Shown: positions 38,179 through 46,749 of the stretch, piece after piece
Layout: every line of letters begins with the position of its first letter
Position numbering within the stretch: position 1 is the stretch's first letter
Source: a phage
Assembly: GCA_033759635.1 (NCBI GenBank)
Contig: GCA_033759635.1_4528.1
Strand: one strand, 5' to 3'
Length of the DNA: 64,000 nt
Translations under genes and position numbers: made by a program
Notes under the pieces: generated by a model
Databases searched by the model: none
Told to the model about the DNA's origin: nothing
Seen by the model: only the letters and a program-made list of their open reading frames with translations

Positions 38179-39992
38179 AAATTGAAAAAGAAATTGAAGG
38201 ATTAATTCATAAAACTAATAAAGATCTTTTAAACGAGAATGCTAATAAAGATTCTCGTGTTTTTCCAACTCAACGGGACCTTATGGCTGGTATTGTGTCT
38301 AAGCACATTGCCAAAAATATGGTCCCGTCTTTTATTATGAATGCGCATGAAAGCGGAATCATTCACATGCATGATATTGATTATTCTCCTGCTCTTCCGT
38401 TTACTAATTGTTGTTTAGTCGATTTAAAGGGGATGCTTGAGAATGGATTTAAATTAGGCAATGCTCAAATTGAAACGCCTAAATCGATTGGTGTTGCTAC
38501 TGCAATTATGGCACAAATTACTGCACAAGTTGCTTCCCATCAGTATGGCGGAACTACATTTGCGAATGTCGATAAAGTTCTTTCTCCTTATGTTAAACGT
38601 ACATACGCTAAACATGTTGAAGATGCAGAAAAATGGCAAATACCAGACATTCTGAATTATGCTCAATCTAAAACAGAAAAAGACGTATACGATGCATTCC
38701 AAGCTTATGAATATGAGGTAAATACTCTTTTTAGTTCAAACGGTCAAACTCCTTTTGTTACCATAACATTTGGAACAGGAACTGATTGGACTGAACGAAT
38801 GATTCAGAAGGCAATTCTTAAAAACCGCATTAAAGGTCTTGGTCGTGATGGAATAACTCCTATTTTTCCTAAACTTGTTATGTTTGTTGAAGAAGGTGTT
38901 AATCTTTATAAAGATGATCCGAACTATGATATTAAACAACTTGCGTTAGAATGTGCAAGCAAAAGAATGTATCCTGACATTATTTCGGTTAAGAATAATA
39001 AAGCTATTACTGGTTCTTCAGTTCCGGTTTCTCCAATGGGCTGCCGTAGTTTCTTGAGTGTATGGAAAGATTCGACTGGTAATGAAATTCTTGATGGACG
39101 CAATAATCTTGGTGTTGTAACATTGAATCTTCCTCGCATCGCGTTAGATTCTTATATTGGAACACAGTTCAATGAACAGAAATTTGTTGAGCTATTTAAT
39201 GAACGAATGGATCTGTGCTTTGAAGCCTTGATGTGTAGAATTAGTTCCTTAAAAGGAGTTAAAGCGACTGTTGCTCCTATTCTTTACCAAGAAGGTGCAT
39301 TCGGGGTTCGTCTTAAACCTGATGACGACATAATTGAGTTATTTAAAAACGGTAGAAGTTCAGTGTCTTTAGGATACATTGGTATTCACGAATTGAATAT
39401 TCTTGTCGGACGTGATATTGGACAAGAAATTTTAACTAAAATGAATGCTCATCTTAAACAGTGGACCGAAAGAACTGGATTTGCTTTTAGTTTGTATTCT
39501 ACTCCTGCTGAAAACTTGTGTTATCGTTTCTGTAAACTCGACACAGAAAAATATGGAAGTGTAAAGGATGTTACTGATAAAGGCTGGTATACTAATAGTT
39601 TCCATGTTTCAGTAGAAGAAAATATTACTCCGTTTGAAAAGATTTCTCGTGAAGCGCCATATCATTTCATTGCGACAGGTGGTCACATTTCTTATGTTGA
39701 ACTTCCTGATATGAAAAATAACCTAAAAGGTCTTGAGGCTGTATGGGATTATGCTGCACAACATTTAGATTATTTTGGTGTTAATATGCCAGTAGATAAG
39801 TGTTTTACATGTGGAAGTACCCATGAAATGACTCCTACTGAAAACGGATTTGTTTGTTCAGTTTGTGGAGAAACTGATCCTAAAAAGATGAACACAATAA
39901 GAAGAACATGCGGCTATCTGGGAAATCCGAACGAACGCGGATTTAATCTCGGTAAAAATAAAGAAATAATGCATAGGGTTAAACACCAATGA
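38175..39992 (+). CDS. nrdD: anaerobic ribonucleoside-triphosphate reductase NrdD (uninterrupted)
   Basis: 605 aa; C-terminal glycyl-radical motif RRTCGYLG and Zn-ribbon Cys (CFTCGS...CSVCG). Confidence 0.9.
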   Translation: MKIEKEIEGLIHKTNKDLLNENANKDSRVFPTQRDLMAGIVSKHIAKNMVPSFIMNAHESGIIHMHDIDYSPALPFTNCCLVDLKGMLENGFKLGNAQIETPKSIGVATAIMAQITAQVASHQYGGTTFANVDKVLSPYVKRTYAKHVEDAEKWQIPDILNYAQSKTEKDVYDAFQAYEYEVNTLFSSNGQTPFVTITFGTGTDWTERMIQKAILKNRIKGLGRDGITPIFPKLVMFVEEGVNLYKDDPNYDIKQLALECASKRMYPDIISVKNNKAITGSSVPVSPMGCRSFLSVWKDSTGNEILDGRNNLGVVTLNLPRIALDSYIGTQFNEQKFVELFNERMDLCFEALMCRISSLKGVKATVAPILYQEGAFGVRLKPDDDIIELFKNGRSSVSLGYIGIHELNILVGRDIGQEILTKMNAHLKQWTERTGFAFSLYSTPAENLCYRFCKLDTEKYGSVKDVTDKGWYTNSFHVSVEENITPFEKISREAPYHFIATGGHISYVELPDMKNNLKGLEAVWDYAAQHLDYFGVNMPVDKCFTCGSTHEMTPTENGFVCSVCGETDPKKMNTIRRTCGYLGNPNERGFNLGKNKEIMHRVKHQ

Positions 39993-40459
39993 ATTATGAT
40001 AGATTTTATCCTTGCGATTTTGTGAATGGCCCTGGTTGCAGGGTCGTTCTTTTCGTTACAGGTTGTTTGCATAAATGCGAAGGGTGTTATAATAAATCAA
40101 CATGGAATGCTAGAAATGGTATTCCATTCACTGGTGAAACACTAGAACAATTAATTGAATGTTTGAATAATGATTATATAGAAGGATTAACTATAACCGG
40201 AGGAGACCCTCTCTATCCTGATAACCGAGATGTTATTCACTCTGTAGTTCAAACTATTAAAAATCTTTATCCCAATAAAAGCATTTGGTTGTGGACAGGA
40301 TATACGTTTGAAGATATTAAACAACTAGAAATGCTTAAATATGTTGATGTTATTATTGATGGGAAGTATGAGAAAAATCTTCCGACCAAAAAACTGTGGC
40401 GAGGATCAGATAATCAGCGACTTTGGTCAAATACCGATGGGGTGTGGAAACATGATTAA
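39989..40459 (+). CDS. nrdG: anaerobic RNR activating protein NrdG (radical SAM)
   Basis: CxxxCxxC (CLHKCEGCYN) radical-SAM cluster motif; 156 aa; ATGA-coupled to nrdD. Confidence 0.85.
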   Translation: MNYDRFYPCDFVNGPGCRVVLFVTGCLHKCEGCYNKSTWNARNGIPFTGETLEQLIECLNNDYIEGLTITGGDPLYPDNRDVIHSVVQTIKNLYPNKSIWLWTGYTFEDIKQLEMLKYVDVIIDGKYEKNLPTKKLWRGSDNQRLWSNTDGVWKHD

Positions 40460-40573
40460 ATTGAATTACATTATGGACACTATAAATGATATGATTTTTC
40501 ATTTTGGCCCAGAATTTTATTCGCAATATAGTTTAGTGCTTATCAATGCTTGGTTAATTAATTAAGGGTAAAT

Positions 40574-40789
40574 ATGTATAAATTTCGTAAAGGTTTAGCT
40601 GATTTTCTTACAACTGTAACGTTCTTTTTGTTTATGGCAGTTGGAGCTATTTTTCTTATTCCTTTTACTGGTGTATTTTTCGTGATTAGTTTAATTTCTC
40701 CAGAAAAGGGCTTATCTTCTAATGAGTTCAATGAGCGTCTGGATAAAATTACTAACAAACTGAATTCTGTTCTTGATAAAAAGGCTTAA
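40574..40789 (+). CDS. small membrane protein
   Basis: 71 aa, two hydrophobic segments. Confidence 0.45.
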   Translation: MYKFRKGLADFLTTVTFFLFMAVGAIFLIPFTGVFFVISLISPEKGLSSNEFNERLDKITNKLNSVLDKKA

Positions 40790-40791
40790 TT

Positions 40792-41109
40792 ATGATTAGT
40801 TTTGAGCGGTATGTAGTAGAGAGTTGGAATGGGTTTGATATGTTCGGTAATGACTATTATTTTTACGAATGTAATCTAAATCCTAGTTTTTGGGCTGGAC
40901 GTGAACGAGATCTCGAAGAAATTAATGCTCGCGCCGAATTGTTAGGTGAACTGCCTACAGTTTATTTTACATTTGATGAATCCGGCTTCGTTATCCAGGT
41001 TTATTTTCCTGAAGAAAACTCTGGTGAGGATTCGGTTAATCCTCCTTATTGGGCTTACCAAGGAATTATTTCTCGTGGAACAAAACTCGAACTTAAAGAA
41101 CAAGATTGA
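40792..41109 (+). CDS. hypothetical protein
   Basis: 105-aa aromatic-rich ORF; its stop overlaps the start region of the glutaredoxin-like frame. Confidence 0.5.
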   Translation: MISFERYVVESWNGFDMFGNDYYFYECNLNPSFWAGRERDLEEINARAELLGELPTVYFTFDESGFVIQVYFPEENSGEDSVNPPYWAYQGIISRGTKLELKEQD

Positions 41110-41398
41110 AATTTATGGCATCCCTGAAGAAGTTGGACGTTGTCCAGGATGTTATACTGTTACAAAACTTTTAAAGGAGCTCAATGCTCCTTATACATTT
41201 TATAAAGTCCTCACTAATAATGGTAAGATTGAATATGACCGTCCTTTAATCGTATCTCTTGCTAAACGTGCAGGATTCACTTCACTTAATATTCGTTATC
41301 CTGTCATATTTTTAAATGATAAGAAACAAAAGAATATTGCAGAGTTTAAAAAGTCCTTGATTTCATTAGGATATGACTCTGATATCATAGAAGATTGA
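41105..41398 (+). CDS. glutaredoxin-like redoxin (NrdH-like) with no canonical start codon
   Basis: Frame encodes KIEIYGIPEEVGRCPGCYTV... (CPGC redox motif), but the first in-frame codon after the upstream stop is ATT; the only ATG/GTG starts lie 130-160 nt upstream inside the preceding gene and give an implausible N-terminus. Confidence 0.45.
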   Translation: MEIYGIPEEVGRCPGCYTVTKLLKELNAPYTFYKVLTNNGKIEYDRPLIVSLAKRAGFTSLNIRYPVIFLNDKKQKNIAEFKKSLISLGYDSDIIED

Positions 41399-41421
41399 CC
41401 AGGTGCCGCCTGGTCTTCTTT
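41397..41421 (+). terminator. rho-independent terminator
   Basis: GACCAGG-tgccg-CCTGGTC followed by a T-rich tract. Confidence 0.55.
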
Positions 41422-41563
41422 ATCTCATTTCTAATATAATCCATTGGAATCTTCACTTCACTATCTCCTTGTGCCCCTCTCAAATCAAAAATATTTTCAT
41501 AAAACAGTTTACATCCTCGATAGATATGTTAAGATTAAACCATCTGCTATAGAGGAAAACAAA

Positions 41564-41746
41564 ATGACAATTGAAGATAAAGAAATTAAGGTTGACCAGT
41601 ACTATTCTGTCAACGGTAATGCAGTACAGATAACCAGAGTTTCAAGCCTGGATGTTTGGTACCGTTCAATCAAATATCCGGAAATTGGTGAAATGCTTTG
41701 TGACCGTAGTATCTTCTGTTCAATTGCGAAGGAAATTAAGCCATGA
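41564..41746 (+). CDS. small hypothetical protein
   Basis: Internal Met of ORF 41444..41746 with GAGGAAAA RBS (MTIEDKEIKV...). Confidence 0.45.
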   Translation: MTIEDKEIKVDQYYSVNGNAVQITRVSSLDVWYRSIKYPEIGEMLCDRSIFCSIAKEIKP

Positions 41747-41991
41747 TTAGTTTAGATTCAAAGAAGGTTGTTCTAACCCTTAAAGTTAATGATGAGCATC
41801 CGGTATTCATTACCATTTCTGATTTGCATGTTGAAATTGCTAATGACGTTCGTACTTATCAAGCAAATAAAACTCAATGGGACTATATCCCAATGTTGAC
41901 GCTTACTCAGCGTTTAGAATCAATCGGACTTAAAGACCTTTCAGTAAGTGAAGTGAATTTTATCAAACGCATTGTATCAATCAACCTCTGA
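41743..41991 (+). CDS. hypothetical protein
   Basis: 82-aa ORF, ATGA-coupled. Confidence 0.45.
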   Translation: MISLDSKKVVLTLKVNDEHPVFITISDLHVEIANDVRTYQANKTQWDYIPMLTLTQRLESIGLKDLSVSEVNFIKRIVSINL

Positions 41992-41998
41992 GGTACTT

Positions 41999-42292
41999 AT
42001 GGGTAAAACATATCGTCGTAAAGATTTGAAAGTTCGCGATTACGACTATTTTGGTAAGCGTAAAGCTCCTGATGGTGTTAGCCACAAAGACATGGTTGAA
42101 AACATCTTCCGCTCAGATAAATGGAAACGTATGAAAGGCGTTGATTCTGAAGTCAAGAATGAAATGAATCGACAACTCCGCAAAGAAGTTCGTAAGTTGA
42201 AAAAAGATGTTTACAGTAAAGAAGATTATGATTATAATACTTCTCATACTGAAGCCAAACGTAAAGCTAACGAATGTTATCGTTACAGTTGA
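41999..42292 (+). CDS. basic hypothetical protein
   Basis: ORF 41972..42292 trimmed to MGKTYRRKDLK...; Lys/Arg-rich. Confidence 0.45.
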   Translation: MGKTYRRKDLKVRDYDYFGKRKAPDGVSHKDMVENIFRSDKWKRMKGVDSEVKNEMNRQLRKEVRKLKKDVYSKEDYDYNTSHTEAKRKANECYRYS

Positions 42293-42299
42293 GGAAATT

Positions 42300-42434
42300 A
42301 TGAATATCAAACGAATGCTTTTTAAGCAGGGATTATATACTTTAAATGTTAATCCAAAGGGTGATACAACTAAATGGTCTGTAAATGACTGGATTAAGTT
42401 CATCGATGAAAATGGGGCATGGAACACAAAATGA
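42300..42434 (+). CDS. small hypothetical protein (44 aa)
   Basis: Internal Met of ORF 42207..42434 (MNIKRMLFKQ...), GAGGAAA RBS. Confidence 0.35.
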   Translation: MNIKRMLFKQGLYTLNVNPKGDTTKWSVNDWIKFIDENGAWNTK

Positions 42435-42631
42435 ATCCTGAAAATATTGTGTCATGGCAACTTCGTGAAGAACGTGCAGAATTCTTTGCCAATATGAAAC
42501 TCAACGGTGTTGAGGATGAAGACTTTTTACGCTGGTTCTGGATTTACAAATACAAAGAATGCCAACATGCTGTGCTATTGACTTGCGCAATTATGTACGA
42601 AGGCTGGAAAGGCGCTAAAAAGTTCGGTTAA
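42431..42631 (+). CDS. hypothetical protein
   Basis: ORF 42419..42631 trimmed to MNPENIVSWQ... Confidence 0.4.
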   Translation: MNPENIVSWQLREERAEFFANMKLNGVEDEDFLRWFWIYKYKECQHAVLLTCAIMYEGWKGAKKFG

Positions 42632-42686
42632 TAGTTTATGATGGTAGGAAGATAACACTTCTTCCTACCAATTTGAGGAGAATATC

Positions 42687-42926
42687 ATGGAACAAGAATT
42701 AGACATTATTACATCGAAAAAACGTCTTGAAGTTGTAGTGAATGGCTCAACTATTAAGTTTGTATATGACACTTTAACTGATGCTATTACCGTTAGTTGT
42801 GGTGGAAAGGCTTTTAGTCTAGATTCTACTGAAAACAAATACCCGTTCTATAAAGGTATCTTTGATATGGGTGTTGATATCAGTGTTCGTCAAGCAAACT
42901 ATTTACATTATCTTATCACTAAATAA
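42687..42926 (+). CDS. hypothetical protein
   Basis: 79-aa ORF after an inverted-repeat cassette (GGTAGGAAG ... CTTCCTACC). Confidence 0.45.
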   Translation: MEQELDIITSKKRLEVVVNGSTIKFVYDTLTDAITVSCGGKAFSLDSTENKYPFYKGIFDMGVDISVRQANYLHYLITK

Positions 42927-42930
42927 CGCA

Positions 42931-42962
42931 CAAACTCTTGAGAGCAGAGTATAATGTTCTCA
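42931..42962 (+). promoter_or_regulatory. early promoter cassette with stem-loop (PeSL-type)
   Basis: CTTGAGAGCAGAGTATAATGTTCTCA; near-identical to the cassette at 13095. Confidence 0.5.
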
Positions 42963-42992
42963 TTGGATAATAAAATAACCGAGGAAAATAAT

Positions 42993-43325
42993 ATGTCTAC
43001 TAAAATCAAAAACGTAGTGAACTCTTTCGCTTTCGATAAAGTTGTTAGTCTTCTAGAAAAAGGTGGTATTGTTACTCCTCAAGTTCTTGACGCGTGGGAA
43101 TTCCGTCTTTATGAAATCATGCAAAAACACGACCAGAAAATTGGACGTAATTCTATTCGTGAAATTCTAGTACAATATATTCTTTCTGAATTTGACGTTG
43201 CTGCATTTGGTGTTGAATCTAAAGCTTATCAGAAACATGAAATCTCTGAAAAGACTATCCGTCGTATGAAAAATCAACGTAAGAAAAAATTCGTTGACCT
43301 GAAAATTGTTAAGGCGGTAAAATGA
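42993..43325 (+). CDS. hypothetical protein
   Basis: ORF 42954..43325 trimmed to MSTKIKNVVN... Confidence 0.45.
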   Translation: MSTKIKNVVNSFAFDKVVSLLEKGGIVTPQVLDAWEFRLYEIMQKHDQKIGRNSIREILVQYILSEFDVAAFGVESKAYQKHEISEKTIRRMKNQRKKKFVDLKIVKAVK

Positions 43326-43549
43326 GCGTATTAACAGAAACTTTGATTAATGACCTGCGTCTAGCTGGTTACGAAGTTGGTACAAATAGCCTAGGTCTTC
43401 CTCAGATTGAAGGGTCTGGATTTATCCTAGAATATGAATTCAAACAATGGTGGTTATATGCTACGGTTGACGATGCGTTGAATATCGATTTCGTTGACCA
43501 ATTTGATTCGCTGGATGCTGCCTTATTTGCAGCAAAGGAAATAGAATGA
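43322..43549 (+). CDS. hypothetical protein
   Basis: 75-aa acidic ORF, ATGA-coupled. Confidence 0.45.
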   Translation: MSVLTETLINDLRLAGYEVGTNSLGLPQIEGSGFILEYEFKQWWLYATVDDALNIDFVDQFDSLDAALFAAKEIE

Positions 43550-43638
43550 AACTATCTCGAATCGCTATAACCGAAGAAAAGTTTGGTGAATTTTAAGTCG
43601 ACAACTTTATAAAAGTTATGTATCTTTGATAGTATCTC

Positions 43639-43683
43639 GTGCTTTAAGATAGGTCTCTAAATATTATGATATAATAGACCTAT
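43639..43683 (+). promoter_or_regulatory. middle-type promoter (MotA-box-like GCTTTA) with stem-loop, upstream of gene 55
   Basis: gtGCTTTAag about 30 nt upstream of tatgatATAAT; inverted repeat ATAGGTCT/AGACCTAT brackets the -10. Confidence 0.45.
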
Positions 43684-43704
43684 GAATTGAGCCAAGAGGT
43701 ACTT

Positions 43705-44262
43705 ATGACTGAACAAAAACCTAAAAATAACTATGTGAATAATAAAGAGCTTCTCGCCGCTATAATCGAGTGGAAAAAGGAGCTCTTAAATAATAAAGAC
43801 CCAAACAAAATTATTCGTCAGAATGATACCATCGGTTTAGCAATTATGCTTATCGCCGAAGGCCTGTCTAAACGTTTCAACTTTTCAGGATATACCCAGT
43901 CTTGGAAGCAGGAGATGATTGCAGATGGGATTGAAGCCTCTATTAAGGGACTTCATAATTTCGACGAAACTAAGTACAATAACCCACATGCATACATAAC
44001 TCGAGCTTGTTTTAATGCTTTTGTCCAACGTATCAAAAAAGAACGTAAGGAAGTTGCAAAGAAATATAGTTACTTCGTTCATAATGTCTACGACAGTCAT
44101 GACGATGATATGGTAGCGTTGGTAGATGAAACGTTTATTCAAGACATCTACGATAAAATGACGCATTATGAAGAATCCGCTTATAAAGCTCCTGGGGCTG
44201 AAAAGAAGGAAGTTGTTAGCGATTCGCCTAGTTTGGATTTTTTATATGAGGATGACAATTGA
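43705..44262 (+). CDS. 55: late-transcription sigma factor gp55
   Basis: ORF 43687..44262 trimmed to [25 protein letters not shown]...; 185 aa as T4 gp55; synteny nrdD-nrdG-...-55. Confidence 0.8.
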   Translation: MTEQKPKNNYVNNKELLAAIIEWKKELLNNKDPNKIIRQNDTIGLAIMLIAEGLSKRFNFSGYTQSWKQEMIADGIEASIKGLHNFDETKYNNPHAYITRACFNAFVQRIKKERKEVAKKYSYFVHNVYDSHDDDMVALVDETFIQDIYDKMTHYEESAYKAPGAEKKEVVSDSPSLDFLYEDDN

Positions 44263-44461
44263 TATCTCTAACTACTTAGAAGAACCTTTTGACGAAGCAA
44301 TCCCTTATTTGGTAAAACTGTTGGGTCGAGAATTTAAAATTAATTTTGACATCGACCCTTTGAACCCACATGACGTGTCATTTTCGATAAATGGGACTCC
44401 AGTTGAGTACGAGTTCTGTATTGAAGAGGATGGACGTTTTTATTTTAATTTAATGAGATAA
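44246..44461 (+). CDS. small hypothetical protein (start uncertain)
   Basis: ORF 44168..44461 largely overlaps gene 55; only the 3' part from Met 44246/44252 is plausible. Confidence 0.35.
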   Translation: MRMTIDISNYLEEPFDEAIPYLVKLLGREFKINFDIDPLNPHDVSFSINGTPVEYEFCIEEDGRFYFNLMR

Positions 44462-44462
44462 T

Positions 44463-44786
44463 ATGACTACCGAGATTATTGAAAATAAAGAAGCAGAAGA
44501 TGCAGTAGCTAAAATGCTACAAGAAATCCAAAAGAAAAATGAAGCTGAAGCACGTAAAAAATCCGAAAAGATTCTTAAAAAGAATCGTTTTGAACTAAAC
44601 CGTCTTTATGCACATGCTCAAGAAGCAGCAATTCAAAACAACTTCGAAGCTTACGAATATGCTATTAAGAAATCTCGGGATATTCTACGACAACCATACA
44701 ATGACAAGTTAATTAAAATCCAGTGGGTTACTACTCGTCAGGCTATTGAGGACATCATTAATGGCGCTAGTTCAAACAAAGTTTAA
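44463..44786 (+). CDS. hypothetical protein
   Basis: 107-aa Lys/Glu-rich helical ORF. Confidence 0.45.
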   Translation: MTTEIIENKEAEDAVAKMLQEIQKKNEAEARKKSEKILKKNRFELNRLYAHAQEAAIQNNFEAYEYAIKKSRDILRQPYNDKLIKIQWVTTRQAIEDIINGASSNKV

Positions 44787-44967
44787 ACGTCTGAAGCTGA
44801 ACGCAGGGTTCTCCCTTAAATTGGGAGGTCCTCTTTGTGTTAAAATTTCTGAAAAGGAATATCACGACGGTTCTATTACAGAAATTTGTCCGCCTATTGT
44901 AAAGGCAGACCCAAAACAACTCGTGTGGGTCGATTCATTTCAAGTTAAGAAATGGTGGAAACGATGA
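44746..44967 (+). CDS. hypothetical protein (start uncertain)
   Basis: 73-aa ORF overlapping the previous gene by about 40 nt. Confidence 0.35.
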   Translation: MRTSLMALVQTKFKRLKLNAGFSLKLGGPLCVKISEKEYHDGSITEICPPIVKADPKQLVWVDSFQVKKWWKR

Positions 44968-45006
44968 TAGAAATTGATTTAGGCATTTTCTGAGAGGTGC
45001 TTATGC

Positions 45007-45180
45007 ATGACGAACATCCCGACTTCTGAAAATTTCGATAAAATCCGTAAAGGCAAAGCAGAAAGAATGAGACGTTTTAAAGAGACTTATGATAAAGCTA
45101 AAGCCGAAGGAACTATTACGTACAAGCCAATTCGATTTAAAAGTTCAAATGAGCCTCTGTACGGTGTACTATGTGGATAG
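45007..45180 (+). CDS. small hypothetical protein (57 aa)
   Basis: MTNIPTSENFDKIRKGKAERMRRFKETYDKAKAEG...; GAGG RBS; followed directly by a terminator; below track cutoff. Confidence 0.4.
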   Translation: MTNIPTSENFDKIRKGKAERMRRFKETYDKAKAEGTITYKPIRFKSSNEPLYGVLCG

Positions 45181-45204
45181 GAACTCTTCGGAGTTCCTTT
45201 TTTG
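45179..45204 (+). terminator. rho-independent terminator
   Basis: AGGAACTC-ttcg-GAGTTCCT followed by TTTTTT. Confidence 0.7.
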
Positions 45205-45249
45205 CTTTATAAACGGATGATAGAATGAATTAACTAATGAGGAAATAAT

Positions 45250-46269
45250 ATGAAAATTTTGCACTTAGGCGACTTCCATATCGGAGTCAAACAAGACGAC
45301 CCATGGGTTCAAGATATTCAACGTGATGGTATTCGACAAGCAATTGAATACTCTAAGAAACACGGGATTAAAACTTGGATTCAGTACGGTGATTGGTTTG
45401 ATGTCCGTAAAGCAATAACACATCGTACAATGGAATTCAATCGTGAAATCGTTGATATGATTTCTAAAGCAGGCATTCACGTTCATGTCACGATAGGAAA
45501 CCATGACATGGCGTTTAAGAATACAATAACACCTAACACTGTTTCTGAATTGTTAACTCAATTTGAAAACTTTACTATTTACGAACATCCAACTACTGTA
45601 GATTTTGACGGATGTCTGATTGATATCGTTCCATGGATGTGTGAAGAAAATACAGGTGAAATCTTAGAGCACATCAAGACTTCTTCTGCTGCGTATTGTG
45701 TTGGTCACTGGGAACTGAACGGCTTTTATTTCTATAAAGGAATGAAGTCTCATGGGCTTGAACCCGATTTCTTAAAGACATATAAACAAGTCTGGTCTGG
45801 CCACTTCCACACAATCTCTGAAGCTGCTAACGTCAAATATATTGGGACACCATGGACCCTTACTGCAGGTGACGAGAACGACCCACGTGGATTCTGGGTA
45901 TTTGACACTGATGTTGAACGTATGGAATTTATTCCTAATGAAACAACATGGCATCGACGAATCACTTATCCATTTAAAGGCAAAATCAATTATTCTGATT
46001 ATACTAATCTAGCCGTACGTGTTATAGTATCAGAAATTGATTCAGAGTTGACTAAGTTTGAATCTGAACTTGAAAAAGTAGTTCACTCTCTTCGTATGGT
46101 TTCTAAAGTTGATAACAGTGTTGAATCTGATGACGACCAGGAAATCGAGATTAAATCACTTCAAGATATCATTAAAGAATATATTGACGCGATTCCAGAT
46201 ATCTCAGACGAAGACAGAGAAGCGCTGGTCAAATATTCCAACGAACTTTATATTGAGGCAACACAATGA
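45250..46269 (+). CDS. 47: recombination endonuclease subunit gp47 (Mre11/SbcD-like)
   Basis: Phosphoesterase motifs (LHLGDFH, GNHD, GHWE/GHFH); 339 aa as T4 gp47. Confidence 0.9.
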   Translation: MKILHLGDFHIGVKQDDPWVQDIQRDGIRQAIEYSKKHGIKTWIQYGDWFDVRKAITHRTMEFNREIVDMISKAGIHVHVTIGNHDMAFKNTITPNTVSELLTQFENFTIYEHPTTVDFDGCLIDIVPWMCEENTGEILEHIKTSSAAYCVGHWELNGFYFYKGMKSHGLEPDFLKTYKQVWSGHFHTISEAANVKYIGTPWTLTAGDENDPRGFWVFDTDVERMEFIPNETTWHRRITYPFKGKINYSDYTNLAVRVIVSEIDSELTKFESELEKVVHSLRMVSKVDNSVESDDDQEIEIKSLQDIIKEYIDAIPDISDEDREALVKYSNELYIEATQ

Positions 46270-46523
46270 CTTTAGATGAATTTAATAATGCTGGGCTCGG
46301 GCTTGAAGTTGAAATAGACGTTAAAGATGATGATGGATTCGAGAACACTATCAAGTATTGGATTGAGCCATTACGCGTTGAAGGCAATGAAGTTAAAGCC
46401 GTTCATGTCTGTACCGACTGGGCTATTGAATTTAGCTTTAATATAATGGACAACGATACTCCTGGCTCTATTCTTAAAATGGCTGAAGCATGTATCAAGG
46501 ATGCGTATAATGACGAAGACTGA
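46266..46523 (+). CDS. hypothetical protein
   Basis: 85-aa acidic ORF between 47 and 46. Confidence 0.45.
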   Translation: MTLDEFNNAGLGLEVEIDVKDDDGFENTIKYWIEPLRVEGNEVKAVHVCTDWAIEFSFNIMDNDTPGSILKMAEACIKDAYNDED

Positions 46524-46749
46524 TTATGAAATCCATCGTCATGAATTTAGTATTGGTGACGGTTATATTGGTATCGTTGAATGGACTGAGAATTACGAGG
46601 AGACAACTCCTCGTTTCTTTGGAACAATGTATGTTACCTGTGAGTACGCACCGGGTGTTGTTATGTATGCAGAACTAGATGAATATTTTGCTGATAGAGA
46701 TGACATGTTAAAATATGTAGAGGACTTCATTCGAAGAGAATACATATGA
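46501..46749 (+). CDS. hypothetical protein
   Basis: 82-aa ORF, coupled to gene 46. Confidence 0.45.
   Translation: MRIMTKTDYEIHRHEFSIGDGYIGIVEWTENYEETTPRFFGTMYVTCEYAPGVVMYAELDEYFADRDDMLKYVEDFIRREYI

Noticed and set aside
40946-41398. Long version of the glutaredoxin-like ORF starting at GTG 40946 or ATG 40976.
   Set aside because: The extra 43-53 N-terminal residues overlap the well-formed upstream gene and have out-of-frame-like composition; the redoxin fold begins at KIEIYG.
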